The notes beneath the pieces are model-generated. The model was not told where the DNA came from and ran no database searches. It worked only from the letters and a program-made list of their open reading frames with translations. This document shows positions 40,262-49,643 of a stretch of 64,000 nucleotides of DNA, in pieces. The stretch spans positions 5,264 to 69,263 of the forward strand of contig UQDU01000007.1 in the NCBI GenBank assembly GCA_900539915.1, read 5' to 3'. Numbering within the stretch: the stretch's first letter is position 1; every line of letters begins with the position of its first letter. Both the position numbers and the translations under genes were made by a program. The stretch comes from an uncultured Bacteroidales bacterium (GTDB taxonomy: Bacteria; Bacteroidota; Bacteroidia; Bacteroidales; Muribaculaceae).

Positions 40262-40453
40262 GTAGGGCCGCGGTCCGCAGCAATGTCACTAACATAAGGA
40301 ATACGCTCATTGTGCAGTAGGGACATGCCATGGCATGTCTGCTAACGCAATACTCTTCAATAGCATGGCTTTAGGCGACATGCCATGGCATGTCCCTACT
40401 ACCTGACAACGCTATTCAGGCTTTAACGACTGCTTAAGTTAGTCACATTACTG
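40262..40453. repeat. composite palindromic MITE/REP-like element (family A core GTAGGGACATGCCATGGCATGTC in inverted pair, plus family B module)
   Basis: GTAGGGACATGCCATGGCATGTC (40317-40339) and its inverse GACATGCCATGGCATGTCCCTAC (40377-40399) flank a 37-bp spacer. Flanking CAATGTCACTAACATAAGGAAT and GACTGCTTAAGTTAGTCACATT modules recur elsewhere. Confidence 0.8.
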
Positions 40454-40694
40454 TCCGCAGCGGCCATCGCTCCCGAAAAATATTTAACACGATAAGAAAA
40501 AATACAGTTGATAAGTTTAGTAATATAGTTTGTTCATTAGCACAGAAAGTTAAATATTTCCAACCCCGTCGGCGGAGGATTCCCAACTCCGCCGGCACTA
40601 ACTCCCGGCGCGGGGGCTGTCGTGATGACAGCCCCCGCGTTGCGTTGGTGGGGAGTCTTTATAAGATTTCCGCGATTTCCGCGTTATAATTATA

Positions 40695-43600
40695 ATGCGT
40701 ACTCCGTGTAGACATCCCGTTATCGCCGCCATGGCTGTCATCGCCGTGACGGGCATCGTCGCGCTCCTGTCGGGATGCTCCCTTAAGAAAAACACGGCGG
40801 CCACGCGCCACTACATGGCGTTTATCACGCGCTACAATGTCTATTACAACGGTGACGAGCACTATAAATACACCCTCCACGAGCAGGAGACGTCATATAA
40901 GGATGACCTCTCGCGCACGCTCTACCTCTCGCCCATAGAGGCCAAGGCCGACCCCAAGGCTCCGCAGCCCTCGGGCAGCTTCCAGCGGAGCATCGACAAG
41001 GCTGCCAAGGCCATACAGATACGCTCCATCAAGCGCAAGCCCAAGAAGCAGCCCGGCAAGTCATATGACGAGGCTTACAAGGAGTGGATGCGCCGCTCGG
41101 AGTACAACCCCTTCCTCCACAATGCGTGGATGCTGATGGGGCGTTCGCAGTATCACAACGGCGATTTCACCGGCGCGGCTGCGACTTTCTACTACATATC
41201 CAAAAACTTCCGCTGGCTCCCCGATGTGGTCACCGAGGCGAAGCTGTGGCAGGCACGTGCCTACCTCGCCGACGACTGGACCTACGAGGCCGACATGATT
41301 ATCTCGCGCATCAAGCCGGAGCAGCTTGTCACCAAGACGCTCCGCCGCCTCTATGCCTTCGACTATGCCGACCTCTATATCCGCACAGGCCGCTACGCTG
41401 AGGCGGTGCCCCACCTGCAGACGCTCATCTCCCTGAGCGATGCCCACCAGCGCATGCGCCTCAACTATCTCTTGGGGCAGCTACTGACGCGCCTCGACCG
41501 CCGCGAGGAGGCCTACAAGGCTTTCGGGCGTGCCGGCCGCTCGGCTTCGGCTGACTATGCCATGCAGTTCAACTCTCGCATACGCCAGAGCGAGGTGTAT
41601 CAGGGCGACAACATAGCCCCCGAGGTCAAGGCCCTGCGGCGCATGGTGCGCTACGACCGCAATGCCGAGTATCTCGACCAGGTGTATTACGCCATAGGCA
41701 ACCTCTACCTGAGCCGCCGCGACACCACGGAGGCGATAGCCAACTACCGCCTCGCCGTCAGCAAGAGCACGCGCTCGGGCTATGACAAGGCTCTGGCAAA
41801 TCTGGCTCTGGGCAACCTCTACTTCGACCTACACCGCTATGACCTGGCGCAGCCCTGCATAGCCGAGGCAGTGCCGCAGCTCCCCGAGGATTTCCCGGGA
41901 CTTGACTCCATACGCATGCGCAGCGATGTGCTCGACGAGCTGTCGACCTACGCCCAGAACGTCCACCTCCAGGACTCCCTGCTGGCTCTCGCCGCCCTCA
42001 GCCCCGAGGAGCAGAGGGCGGTGTGTGAGCGCATGGCCCGCGAGTATGCGGACCGCCAGAAGGAGGAGGAGCAGCGCATACAGCGCGAGGCGCAGCGTGC
42101 CGAGCAGGAGGCCAACCAGCCCGTGGTGGCCCCCGACGACAATGTGGCCAACATACAGCGCATCAACACCGACGATTCGTGGTACTTCTACAATCCCACC
42201 TCGGTGGCGCAGGGCAAGAAGCAGTTCCAGCGTCTGTGGGGTGCGCGCCGCAACGAGGACAACTGGCGACGCCGCAACAAGAGCGACTTCTCCATGTCGG
42301 ACTTCGACCGCCCCGACGGCGAAGATGATGATAACGCAGAAGATGGGATGAACCCCGGTGAATCCGCTCCCGATGGCGAGGGCAATGACGAAACCGGCTC
42401 TGACGCTCTCCCCCTCACCGACGACCCCACCAACGCCGAATACTACCTCAAGGACATACCGCAGACCGACCTCGAGAAGGCTCAGGCTGCCGACATAGTC
42501 CAGGAAGGACTCTATAACATGGGTCTCATACTCAAGGACAAACTCGGCGACTCACACGCGGCCATGGAGGAGTTTGACGACCTGATGAAGCGTTTCCCCG
42601 ACAATATATACCGCCTTGACGTCTACTACAACATCTACCTGATGATGGTACATGACGGCGACATGGCCGCTGCCGAGCGTTACCGCCAGCGCATCCTCGC
42701 GGAGTTTCCCGAGAGCCAGCTCGGCCAGGCGATGCGTAACCCCGACTATCTGGAGAATCTAAAGGCTATGGATGCGCGTCAGGAGCAGCTCTATGAGCAG
42801 ACATGGCAAGCCTATCTTGACAACCGCAACGGCGAGGTGCAGGAGGCCTGCCGCACCATGCAGCGCGACTTCCCGTTGAGCAAGATCATGCCCAAGTTCA
42901 TGTTTCTGGACGCTCTGACCTATGTCACGGAAAACAAGCCGGAGGAATTTACGGCGCGTCTGCGCGAACTGCTTGAAAAGTACCCCGACACCGACCTGAC
43001 CCCCATGGCGAGTGCCTATCTCAAGGGTATGGCATCGGGGCGCAAGCTCCATCAGGCGGCTACCAACGTGCGCGGCATGCTCTGGAACACGCGCCTGATT
43101 TCTACCGGCGACACCACCACCGTCGACCTTGACGCGCCTCTCAAGGTGACCCTTGACCCCTCCGCGCCGCAGCTGATGGTGTATCTTTATCCGCTTGACC
43201 GCGTGAATCCGGCGGCTCTGCTCTACGAGGTGGCGCGATTCAACTTCTCCACCTTCGCGGTGCGTGACTACGACCTGGAGCAGATGACATTCGGGCCGCT
43301 CGGGGTGACCATAGTCAAGGGTTTCGCCAATGCGCGTGACCTCGAGCGTTACCGCGCCGCCATGGAGCGGTCACGGTTCCGTCTGCCGCAGTCAGTGCGT
43401 CCCGTGGTCATCAGCGAGGCCAACTTTGACACCCTCCTCAAGGAGGGACGCTCCTTTGAGGAGTATTTCGCTGCCGTAGGCGAGCAAGCCATCGACTTCA
43501 CCCATGAAGCCGTCCTCCCCTCCGCCTCAGATTACCCCTCCGCCCCCGAGATGTACGATGCCTACACCCCCAAGGAGCCGATAGCGACCACCCCCGGGAC

Positions 43601-44072
43601 CGCTCCCGAACCCGTTCCCGGGACAGCCACCCAACCTGTAGGGACGCACCCCGGTGCGTCCGCCCCCGAGCAGCAAGGAGCGACCCCCACGGAACCACAA
43701 ACCCCCGAAACCGCCCAGGAAGCATTCGAACGCATCTTTGACGCCATCCCCCTGACACCGCCCTCCCCAAAAGCAGAGCCGACCCCTGTAGGGACGCACC
43801 CCGGTGCGTCCGCTCCCGTCCAGGAGATGCCCGAGCCGACCCCCGAAGCAGAGCCACCGCTGGCTCCCAAAACAAAGGAGCCGACCCCCGAGGAGCTCCC
43901 GACCCCTGACACGCATACTCCGCAATCACTCCCGACCATCTTCGACGAGGACCCGGATTATTCCGAGCCCGTAGCCCCGGGCTTCCTCCCCACGCGCCCA
44001 GGAGTCAAGGTCCCGATAGCCGTCCCTGACATCCCCGAAGGCACCGAAGGTGACGACGAAGAGGAATACTGA
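40695..44072 (+). CDS. TPR-repeat lipoprotein, SprE/PorW-like (candidate T9SS component), with Pro/Thr/Glu-rich acidic C-terminal tail
   Basis: 1125 aa with a lipoprotein signal (LLSGCS). The N-terminus HYMAFITRYNVYYNG resembles the start of the SprE/PorW family. There are multiple TPR-like repeats, and the tail of about 190 aa is low-complexity. Confidence 0.5.
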   Translation: MRTPCRHPVIAAMAVIAVTGIVALLSGCSLKKNTAATRHYMAFITRYNVYYNGDEHYKYTLHEQETSYKDDLSRTLYLSPIEAKADPKAPQPSGSFQRSIDKAAKAIQIRSIKRKPKKQPGKSYDEAYKEWMRRSEYNPFLHNAWMLMGRSQYHNGDFTGAAATFYYISKNFRWLPDVVTEAKLWQARAYLADDWTYEADMIISRIKPEQLVTKTLRRLYAFDYADLYIRTGRYAEAVPHLQTLISLSDAHQRMRLNYLLGQLLTRLDRREEAYKAFGRAGRSASADYAMQFNSRIRQSEVYQGDNIAPEVKALRRMVRYDRNAEYLDQVYYAIGNLYLSRRDTTEAIANYRLAVSKSTRSGYDKALANLALGNLYFDLHRYDLAQPCIAEAVPQLPEDFPGLDSIRMRSDVLDELSTYAQNVHLQDSLLALAALSPEEQRAVCERMAREYADRQKEEEQRIQREAQRAEQEANQPVVAPDDNVANIQRINTDDSWYFYNPTSVAQGKKQFQRLWGARRNEDNWRRRNKSDFSMSDFDRPDGEDDDNAEDGMNPGESAPDGEGNDETGSDALPLTDDPTNAEYYLKDIPQTDLEKAQAADIVQEGLYNMGLILKDKLGDSHAAMEEFDDLMKRFPDNIYRLDVYYNIYLMMVHDGDMAAAERYRQRILAEFPESQLGQAMRNPDYLENLKAMDARQEQLYEQTWQAYLDNRNGEVQEACRTMQRDFPLSKIMPKFMFLDALTYVTENKPEEFTARLRELLEKYPDTDLTPMASAYLKGMASGRKLHQAATNVRGMLWNTRLISTGDTTTVDLDAPLKVTLDPSAPQLMVYLYPLDRVNPAALLYEVARFNFSTFAVRDYDLEQMTFGPLGVTIVKGFANARDLERYRAAMERSRFRLPQSVRPVVISEANFDTLLKEGRSFEEYFAAVGEQAIDFTHEAVLPSASDYPSAPEMYDAYTPKEPIATTPGTAPEPVPGTATQPVGTHPGASAPEQQGATPTEPQTPETAQEAFERIFDAIPLTPPSPKAEPTPVGTHPGASAPVQEMPEPTPEAEPPLAPKTKEPTPEELPTPDTHTPQSLPTIFDEDPDYSEPVAPGFLPTRPGVKVPIAVPDIPEGTEGDDEEEY

Positions 44073-44079
44073 GATACAA

Positions 44080-44166
44080 TTTCGTATAAATCGTATAAGT
44101 CGGATAAGTCTTATAAATCTTATAAGAAATTATACGACTTATAAGAATTATAAGACTTATCCGACC
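44080..44166. repeat. CTTATAAG-type tandem repeat array (family C), about 8 units
   Basis: TTTCGTATAAATCGTATAAGTCGGATAAGTCTTATAAATCTTATAAGAAATTATACGACTTATAAGAATTATAAGACTTATCCGACC, directly after the stop of the TPR lipoprotein gene. Confidence 0.75.
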
Positions 44167-44171
44167 TGTCC

Positions 44172-44395
44172 CAATGTCACTAACTTAATCAGTCGTTAAT
44201 GCTTGACTGGGGTTCTTATGTAGTAGGGACATGCCATGGCATGTCGCCTAAAGTCATGCTAATGAGAGTGTTGCGTCAGCAGACATGCCATGGCATGTCC
44301 CTACTACGATGTATGCATTCCTTAAGTGAACAGCATTGTGGCATGTCCCTACTACGATGTGTACATTCCTTATGTTAGTGACATTGCGACCTGTC
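44172..44395. repeat. composite palindromic MITE/REP-like element cluster (family A inverted pair plus a third half-copy, and family B modules)
   Basis: GTAGTAGGGACATGCCATGGCATGTC...GACATGCCATGGCATGTCCCTACTAC...GGCATGTCCCTACTAC, with CAATGTCACTAACTTAATCAGTCGTTAA and CATTCCTTATGTTAGTGACATTG modules. The cluster lies between convergent genes. Confidence 0.8.
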
Positions 44396-44411
44396 GCTGC
44401 CCTCAAGCCAG

Positions 44412-46322
44412 TCAGCCGAGCTTGTCAAGCTCGGCAAGCCACAGGCGCGAGCTGGCATCGGAGGGCATGCGCCAGTCGCCGCGTGGCGAGAGGCACACGC
44501 TGCCCACCTTGGGGCCGTCGGGCAGGCATGACCGCTTGAACTGTTGCGCAAAGAAGCGGCGGTAGAATGTGCGGAGCCACTTCAGTATCGTAGCCGGGTC
44601 ATGTTTGCCGTCAAATGCCAGGCAAGCCATGGCGTATATGCGGCGCGGACTGTGGCCGTAGCGCAGCATGTTGTAGAGATAGAAATCGTGGAGCTCGTAG
44701 GGACCTACGAGGTCTTCGGTCTTCTGGGCGATGTCGCCGTGTTCGTCGGCAGGGATTAGTTCGGGACTGATCGGGGTGTCGATGATGTCGAGCAGAGCGT
44801 CGCGCACCGCCTTGCAGTCGGTCGTGTCGGCCACCTGCCGCACCAGCCGGCTCACGAGCGTCTTGGGCACACCGGCGTTGACACCGTACATCGACATGTG
44901 GTCGCCGTTGTAGGTGGCCCAGCCGAGAGCCAGTTCCGAGAGGTCGCCCGTGCCGAGCACTATCGCCCCCTCGCGGTTGGCTATGTCCATCAGCAGCTGC
45001 GTGCGTTCGCGGGCCTGGGAATTTTCGTAAGTGACATCGTGGACCTGCGGGTCGTGGCCTATGTCGGCGAAGTGCTGCATCACCGCCGGGACTATCGACA
45101 CCTCACGGGAGGTCACACCAAGCTGCTCCATCAGCGTCAGGGCGTTGGTATGGGTGCGCCCCGTGGTGCCGAATCCGGGCATAGTGACCCCGATGATGCC
45201 TTTGCGGTCAAGGCCGAGGCGGTCAAAAGTCCTGACAGCCACCAACAGCGCCAGAGTGCTGTCAAGTCCGCCGCTGATGCCCACCACGAGCCTGGTGCCG
45301 TGGATGAAGCTCAGGCGGCGCGCCAGGCCGGCGGTCTGTATGTTGAGTATCTCCTCGCACCGCTCCGCGCCATGCTCGTCATCGGCCGGCAGGAAGGGGT
45401 AGGGGTTGACCGGGCGGAAGCGCGGAGTGAAGCCGCAGTCGTCATCTACGGCGTCACACGGCGACAGGGAACCTGTCTCTGTGACCTTTATGCCTTCAAG
45501 CTCGCGCTCGGCGCAGTCGCCGAAGGTGGTGTAGTGCAGACGGTCGTGGCGCAGCGCGGCGATGTCGATGTCGGCTATCACCAGCTGCTCGTCGGTGGTC
45601 CACCGCTGTTTCTCGGCGATGACATGGCCGTTTTCGGCCACTATGCCCTTGCCGTCAAACACCAGGTCGGTCGATGATTCGCCGAATCCGGCACTGGTGT
45701 AGACGTAGCCGCACAGGCAGCGCGATGACTGCTGGGTGACGAGTGAGCGCAGGTAGCCGTATTTGCCTATCACATCGTCGCTTGCCGAGAGATTGAATAT
45801 CACCTCGGCCCCGGCCATGGCGAGGCGTGTCGACGGGGGCACGGGAGCCCACAGGTCTTCGCATATCTCTATGCCGATTTTTACGCCGTTGACGCTGAAG
45901 AGGGTTATCGTGTCGCACGGTTTGGCCGGACGCCACCAGCGGCGTTCGTAGAACTCGTTGTAGTTGGGCACGTAGGTCTTGCGCACCTCCGTCATGCCGA
46001 GGCGCGTGATGAGCGCGGCGCAGTTATACATCTCGCCGCCGTCGATACGCGGATAGCCCACGATTATGGACGTGTCGCCCCATGTGGCAGCCTCCGCCAT
46101 CAGGCGGTGCAGACCGTCCATGGCGGCCTGTATGAGAGTCGAGTCGTGGAAAAGGTCGGCACATGTATATCCCGTGATGCACATCTCGGGGAATACCGCC
46201 ACCTCCACCCCTTCGGCAGCGAGGCGCGGTATGAAACTGAGTATCGCATTGACGTTGGCATCGACATCGCCCACCTCCACCGGGGGCACCACCGCAGCCA
46301 CGCGGAAATATCCGTTTTTCAT
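44412..46322 (-). CDS. nadE: glutamine-dependent NAD+ synthetase
   Basis: 636 aa. N-terminal nitrilase-like glutaminase domain (EMCITGY) plus a C-terminal NAD synthetase domain (GISGGLDSTL). Confidence 0.9.
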   Translation of the reverse strand: MKNGYFRVAAVVPPVEVGDVDANVNAILSFIPRLAAEGVEVAVFPEMCITGYTCADLFHDSTLIQAAMDGLHRLMAEAATWGDTSIIVGYPRIDGGEMYNCAALITRLGMTEVRKTYVPNYNEFYERRWWRPAKPCDTITLFSVNGVKIGIEICEDLWAPVPPSTRLAMAGAEVIFNLSASDDVIGKYGYLRSLVTQQSSRCLCGYVYTSAGFGESSTDLVFDGKGIVAENGHVIAEKQRWTTDEQLVIADIDIAALRHDRLHYTTFGDCAERELEGIKVTETGSLSPCDAVDDDCGFTPRFRPVNPYPFLPADDEHGAERCEEILNIQTAGLARRLSFIHGTRLVVGISGGLDSTLALLVAVRTFDRLGLDRKGIIGVTMPGFGTTGRTHTNALTLMEQLGVTSREVSIVPAVMQHFADIGHDPQVHDVTYENSQARERTQLLMDIANREGAIVLGTGDLSELALGWATYNGDHMSMYGVNAGVPKTLVSRLVRQVADTTDCKAVRDALLDIIDTPISPELIPADEHGDIAQKTEDLVGPYELHDFYLYNMLRYGHSPRRIYAMACLAFDGKHDPATILKWLRTFYRRFFAQQFKRSCLPDGPKVGSVCLSPRGDWRMPSDASSRLWLAELDKLG

Positions 46323-46350
46323 AATCGTAAGAGGGTTTTATAGGGTGTGG

Positions 46351-46372
46351 GGGGACATGCCTCGGCATGTCC
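46351..46372. repeat. short variant family-A palindrome GGGACATGCCTCGGCATGTCC
   Basis: Near-perfect palindrome in the 58-bp spacer between the GT2 stop and the nadE start. Confidence 0.6.
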
Positions 46373-46380
46373 GCGAGGGG

Positions 46381-47394
46381 TCAGTCGAGTTTGCTGAACT
46401 CCCTGACTCCGTGTAGATAATAGTCGGTGAGTATGTTGCGCCGTCCCCACGGCAGCGAGGACAGCAGATTAGTCTCGGGGGACTTCACATCGCGGTAATG
46501 CTCACGTGCCATGCGGCGGAAATCGCGGTGCGCCCCGATGATGGCCGAGGCATTGCGGAAATCGAGTGTGAGCATGAATTTTGCCCAGGCGAGTGTGTCA
46601 AGCAGACGGCGGCGCAGCAGGAAACCGCGTCGCTCGCGTCGCGGCAGATTCTTGTAGAGCATCAGCAGCGAATTGCGGAAATTGAGGTAGGTCTTGCGTG
46701 GCGATGATGCCGGCAGACTCCCTCCGCCGAGATGGTAGACGGTGGCCTGCGGCACGGCGGCAATGGCGTAGCCCATAGATTTCAACCGCCAGCAGAGGTC
46801 TATCTCCTCCATGTGGGCGAAGAAACGGCCATCCAGGCCTCCGGCATCGAGAAATGCCTGGGTCCTGACCATCAGGGCCGCCCCCGTGGCCCAGAAAATC
46901 TCCATGACGGAGTCATACTGGCCGTGGTCGGTCTCCACGGTGTCAAAGATGCGTCCGCGGCAGTAGGGGTAGCCGTTGCGGTCAAGGAAGCCACCGGCTG
47001 CGCCGGCATACTCGAATTTCGTCGGGTCGGCCACGCTCAGTATCTTGGGCTGCACCGCCGCTAAGTGGGGATGCGTCTCCATGTAGCGGTAGAGAGGGGT
47101 CAGCCAGTCGTCCTTGACCTCGACATCGCTGTTGAGGAGCACCGTGTATCGGCTTCCGGCGCGGCGTATGGCCTCGTTGTAGCCCTCGGCATATCCGAGA
47201 TTGCGGTCAAAGCGGAGCACCCTGACCGACGGGAACTCCTCGGCGAGCACTTCGAGCGAGTCGTCGGTGCTGCCGTTGTCGGCCACGATGATGTCGGCTG
47301 TCTCCGCCGGAGTGTGGCGCACCACGCTCGGCAGATAGCGGCGCAGCAGCTCGGAGCCGTTCCAGTTGAGTATTATGACTGCTACAGGTTTCAT
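46381..47394 (-). CDS. family 2 glycosyltransferase
   Basis: The start is taken at MKPVAVIILNWNG, which gives ATGA coupling with the upstream gene. GT-A fold with a DxD motif (ADNGSTDDS) and VLLNSD. Confidence 0.8.
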   Translation of the reverse strand: MKPVAVIILNWNGSELLRRYLPSVVRHTPAETADIIVADNGSTDDSLEVLAEEFPSVRVLRFDRNLGYAEGYNEAIRRAGSRYTVLLNSDVEVKDDWLTPLYRYMETHPHLAAVQPKILSVADPTKFEYAGAAGGFLDRNGYPYCRGRIFDTVETDHGQYDSVMEIFWATGAALMVRTQAFLDAGGLDGRFFAHMEEIDLCWRLKSMGYAIAAVPQATVYHLGGGSLPASSPRKTYLNFRNSLLMLYKNLPRRERRGFLLRRRLLDTLAWAKFMLTLDFRNASAIIGAHRDFRRMAREHYRDVKSPETNLLSSLPWGRRNILTDYYLHGVREFSKLD

Positions 47395-48269
47395 TTCGTG
47401 TCGGTAGAGGTGGTAGAGGGTAGTGTGACCGGGAATTTCCAGCGGTTGTGGCTCCAGAGCCATCCGGCAGGGTCGCTCTCGATGGTGTGCTGGAGCAGGG
47501 CGGTGTATCGTTCGGTCAGTTCGCCGGGAGCGGTCAGCGAGGCATCGGCGGCCATGTCGACGATGCGGACGCGGTAGTGGCCGCGGCGTAGGCGCACCAT
47601 ATCCATGTAGACCACGGCAGCCCCGAGACGGCGTGCGAGCTGTTCGGTGCCTGAAATCATGGCCGTGGGGTGGTTGAGCAGGGTGGTTATATGCCCCGGG
47701 TCGCCGTGGCTCGGCTTCTGGTCGCTCATAAATCCGGTGATTGAGGGCATCCCTTTGCTCCGCAGTCTGATGATGTCACGCATGACGGTGGCTTTCTTGA
47801 AGCTGTGGCTGCCGAAGCGGCTGCGCAGCCGCAGAAACAGGCGGTCGAAACGCTTGTTGCGCAGCGGACGGTAGACCTGCGCGAACACTACATCCGTGTC
47901 AAGCCGCTTGTCGGTCCATAGCGTGATTGACGGAGCCCACTCCCAGTTGGCGGTGTGGGCGAAGTAGGCTATTATGGTTTTTCCCTGATTGAAATATTCG
48001 TTGACGCGGTCCAACCCTTCGAATATGACGCGTCGGCGCATCTCGCGGTCGCTGATGCCGAGGAGCTTCAGGGCCTCGACGAAATTGTCGGTGAAGTTGC
48101 GGTAAAACTGCCGCTCTATCCGCTTTATTTCCTTGGACGACTTGTCGGGGAAGGACTCTGTGAGGTTTTTGCGCACGAGCTTGCGGCGGTATCTGACTAT
48201 ATGGTACACTATCGGGGCGAGCAGGTCGCTGACGCGGTAGAGGATACCGAGCGGAGGCATGAGAGTCAT
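47391..48269 (-). CDS. lysophospholipid/lipid A acyltransferase (HtrB/LpxL-like lauroyl/myristoyl acyltransferase family)
   Basis: The start is taken at MTLMPPLGILY. Typical LpxL-family N-terminal region (RKNLTESFPDKS..EIKRIERQFYRNF..AYFAHTANWE). Confidence 0.7.
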   Translation of the reverse strand: MTLMPPLGILYRVSDLLAPIVYHIVRYRRKLVRKNLTESFPDKSSKEIKRIERQFYRNFTDNFVEALKLLGISDREMRRRVIFEGLDRVNEYFNQGKTIIAYFAHTANWEWAPSITLWTDKRLDTDVVFAQVYRPLRNKRFDRLFLRLRSRFGSHSFKKATVMRDIIRLRSKGMPSITGFMSDQKPSHGDPGHITTLLNHPTAMISGTEQLARRLGAAVVYMDMVRLRRGHYRVRIVDMAADASLTAPGELTERYTALLQHTIESDPAGWLWSHNRWKFPVTLPSTTSTDTK

Positions 48270-49558
48270 CGCGACACCTCCCCTCTGATGATGCACTCGC
48301 CGTCGTCCATACCCTCGATGGATACAAGGCGCACCGGGACCACCGTGTTGGCCAGAGAGTCGTCACGGTCTATTTCCACACGCAGATAGTTGTCGGTCAG
48401 TCCGAGCATCTTGCCGTCGGGACGCGCATGCTCCACAAGCACCTGACGCACCGAGCCTATGAAGCGCGAAGCAAATCCGCGGAGCTTCTCCTCGCTCATG
48501 CGGAGCATCACGGCAGCCCTGCGCTGCTTGTCGGCCTGGCTGACGGCTCCGCCCAGAGAGAGGGCGCGGGTGCCCGGACGCTCGCTGTAGGGGAAGACGT
48601 GGAGCCGGGATATGTCAAGCCCCTCGATGAAGCTCCGCGACACCTCAAACTCAGCGTCGGTCTCGCCGCGTGCGCCCACGATAAGGTCCACGCCTATGAA
48701 GGCGTCGGGCATCGCCTGACGTATGGCCCGCACCTTGTCGGCAAACAGGCTGCTGTCATAGTGGCGGCGCATCAGCTTGAGCACTGCGTCGGAACCGCAC
48801 TGGAGCGGTGTGTGGAAGTGGGGCATGAACCGCTGCGAGTCCGCCACAAAACCTATGATTTCGTCGGTGAGCAGGTCCGGCTCGATGGATGATATGCGGT
48901 AACGCTCTATTCCGTCGACCTTGTCAAGCTCGCGGATGAGGTCTATCAGGCGGTCTGTGCGCCCTTTGCCGAAGTCGCCTATGTTGATGCCTGTCAGCAC
49001 TATCTCCTTGCCCCCTTCGGCGGCCACTTTCGCCGCCTGGGCCACAAGGGAGTCGATAGAGCCCGAACGGCTGCGTCCCCTGGCCATGGGGATGGTGCAG
49101 TAGCTGCAATAGTAGTCGCAGCCGTCCTGTACCTTGAGGAAGTGGCGTGTGCGGTCGTCGGCGGAGCATGCCGGGACAAACTCGCGCAGCTCCTTTGACG
49201 GCACGACCTCGTTGATGGCGGTATGCCCGGCATCCCACCGCTCTATGTATTCGGCGAGACGGGCCTTGGCATTGGTGCCGATTACTATGTCGACTCCGGG
49301 GATGGCTGCTACCTCTCCGGGCTTGAGCTGGGCGTAGCATCCGGTCACGAGGACTGTGGCATCGGGGTAGCGGCGCACCAGGCTGCGTATGGCCTGGCGG
49401 CACTTGCGGTCAGCCAGCTCGGTGACGCTGCATGTGTTGACTACGATGATGTCGGGGCGGTCGCCGTCGATGGCGCGTATGAAGCCCTTGTCCGCGAGCA
49501 GACGGCCCACGGAGCTTGTCTCGGCGAAATTGAGTTTGCACCCGAAGGTCTTGTACAT
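48266..49558 (-). CDS. radical-SAM tRNA methylthiotransferase (MtaB/MiaB/RimO family; MtaB-like)
   Basis: The start is taken at MYKTFGCKLN. It has the UPF0004 N-terminal domain, the radical SAM CSYCTIP motif, and a C-terminal TRAM-like domain. Confidence 0.8.
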   Translation of the reverse strand: MYKTFGCKLNFAETSSVGRLLADKGFIRAIDGDRPDIIVVNTCSVTELADRKCRQAIRSLVRRYPDATVLVTGCYAQLKPGEVAAIPGVDIVIGTNAKARLAEYIERWDAGHTAINEVVPSKELREFVPACSADDRTRHFLKVQDGCDYYCSYCTIPMARGRSRSGSIDSLVAQAAKVAAEGGKEIVLTGINIGDFGKGRTDRLIDLIRELDKVDGIERYRISSIEPDLLTDEIIGFVADSQRFMPHFHTPLQCGSDAVLKLMRRHYDSSLFADKVRAIRQAMPDAFIGVDLIVGARGETDAEFEVSRSFIEGLDISRLHVFPYSERPGTRALSLGGAVSQADKQRRAAVMLRMSEEKLRGFASRFIGSVRQVLVEHARPDGKMLGLTDNYLRVEIDRDDSLANTVVPVRLVSIEGMDDGECIIRGEVSR

Positions 49559-49610
49559 GACCCTGCGTGTGCCGAATGTATTCTGGTCTATCACTGATGC
49601 AAATATACGC

Positions 49611-49643
49611 AATAAGTCTTATAAGTTTATAAGTCTTATAATG
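49611..49643. repeat. CTTATAAG tandem repeat array (family C), 3 units
   Basis: AATAAGTCTTATAAGTTTATAAGTCTTATAATG, in the mtaB-like upstream region next to the rpsA terminator. Confidence 0.7.

Noticed and set aside
43498-43939. Three overlapping minus-strand ORFs (about 125-143 aa) rich in Gly/Ser/Arg
   Set aside because: They lie antisense to the Pro/Thr/Glu-rich tail of the TPR lipoprotein gene. They arise from the low-complexity and palindromic repeat DNA.
44898-45677. 259-aa plus-strand ORF inside nadE
   Set aside because: Antisense to nadE.
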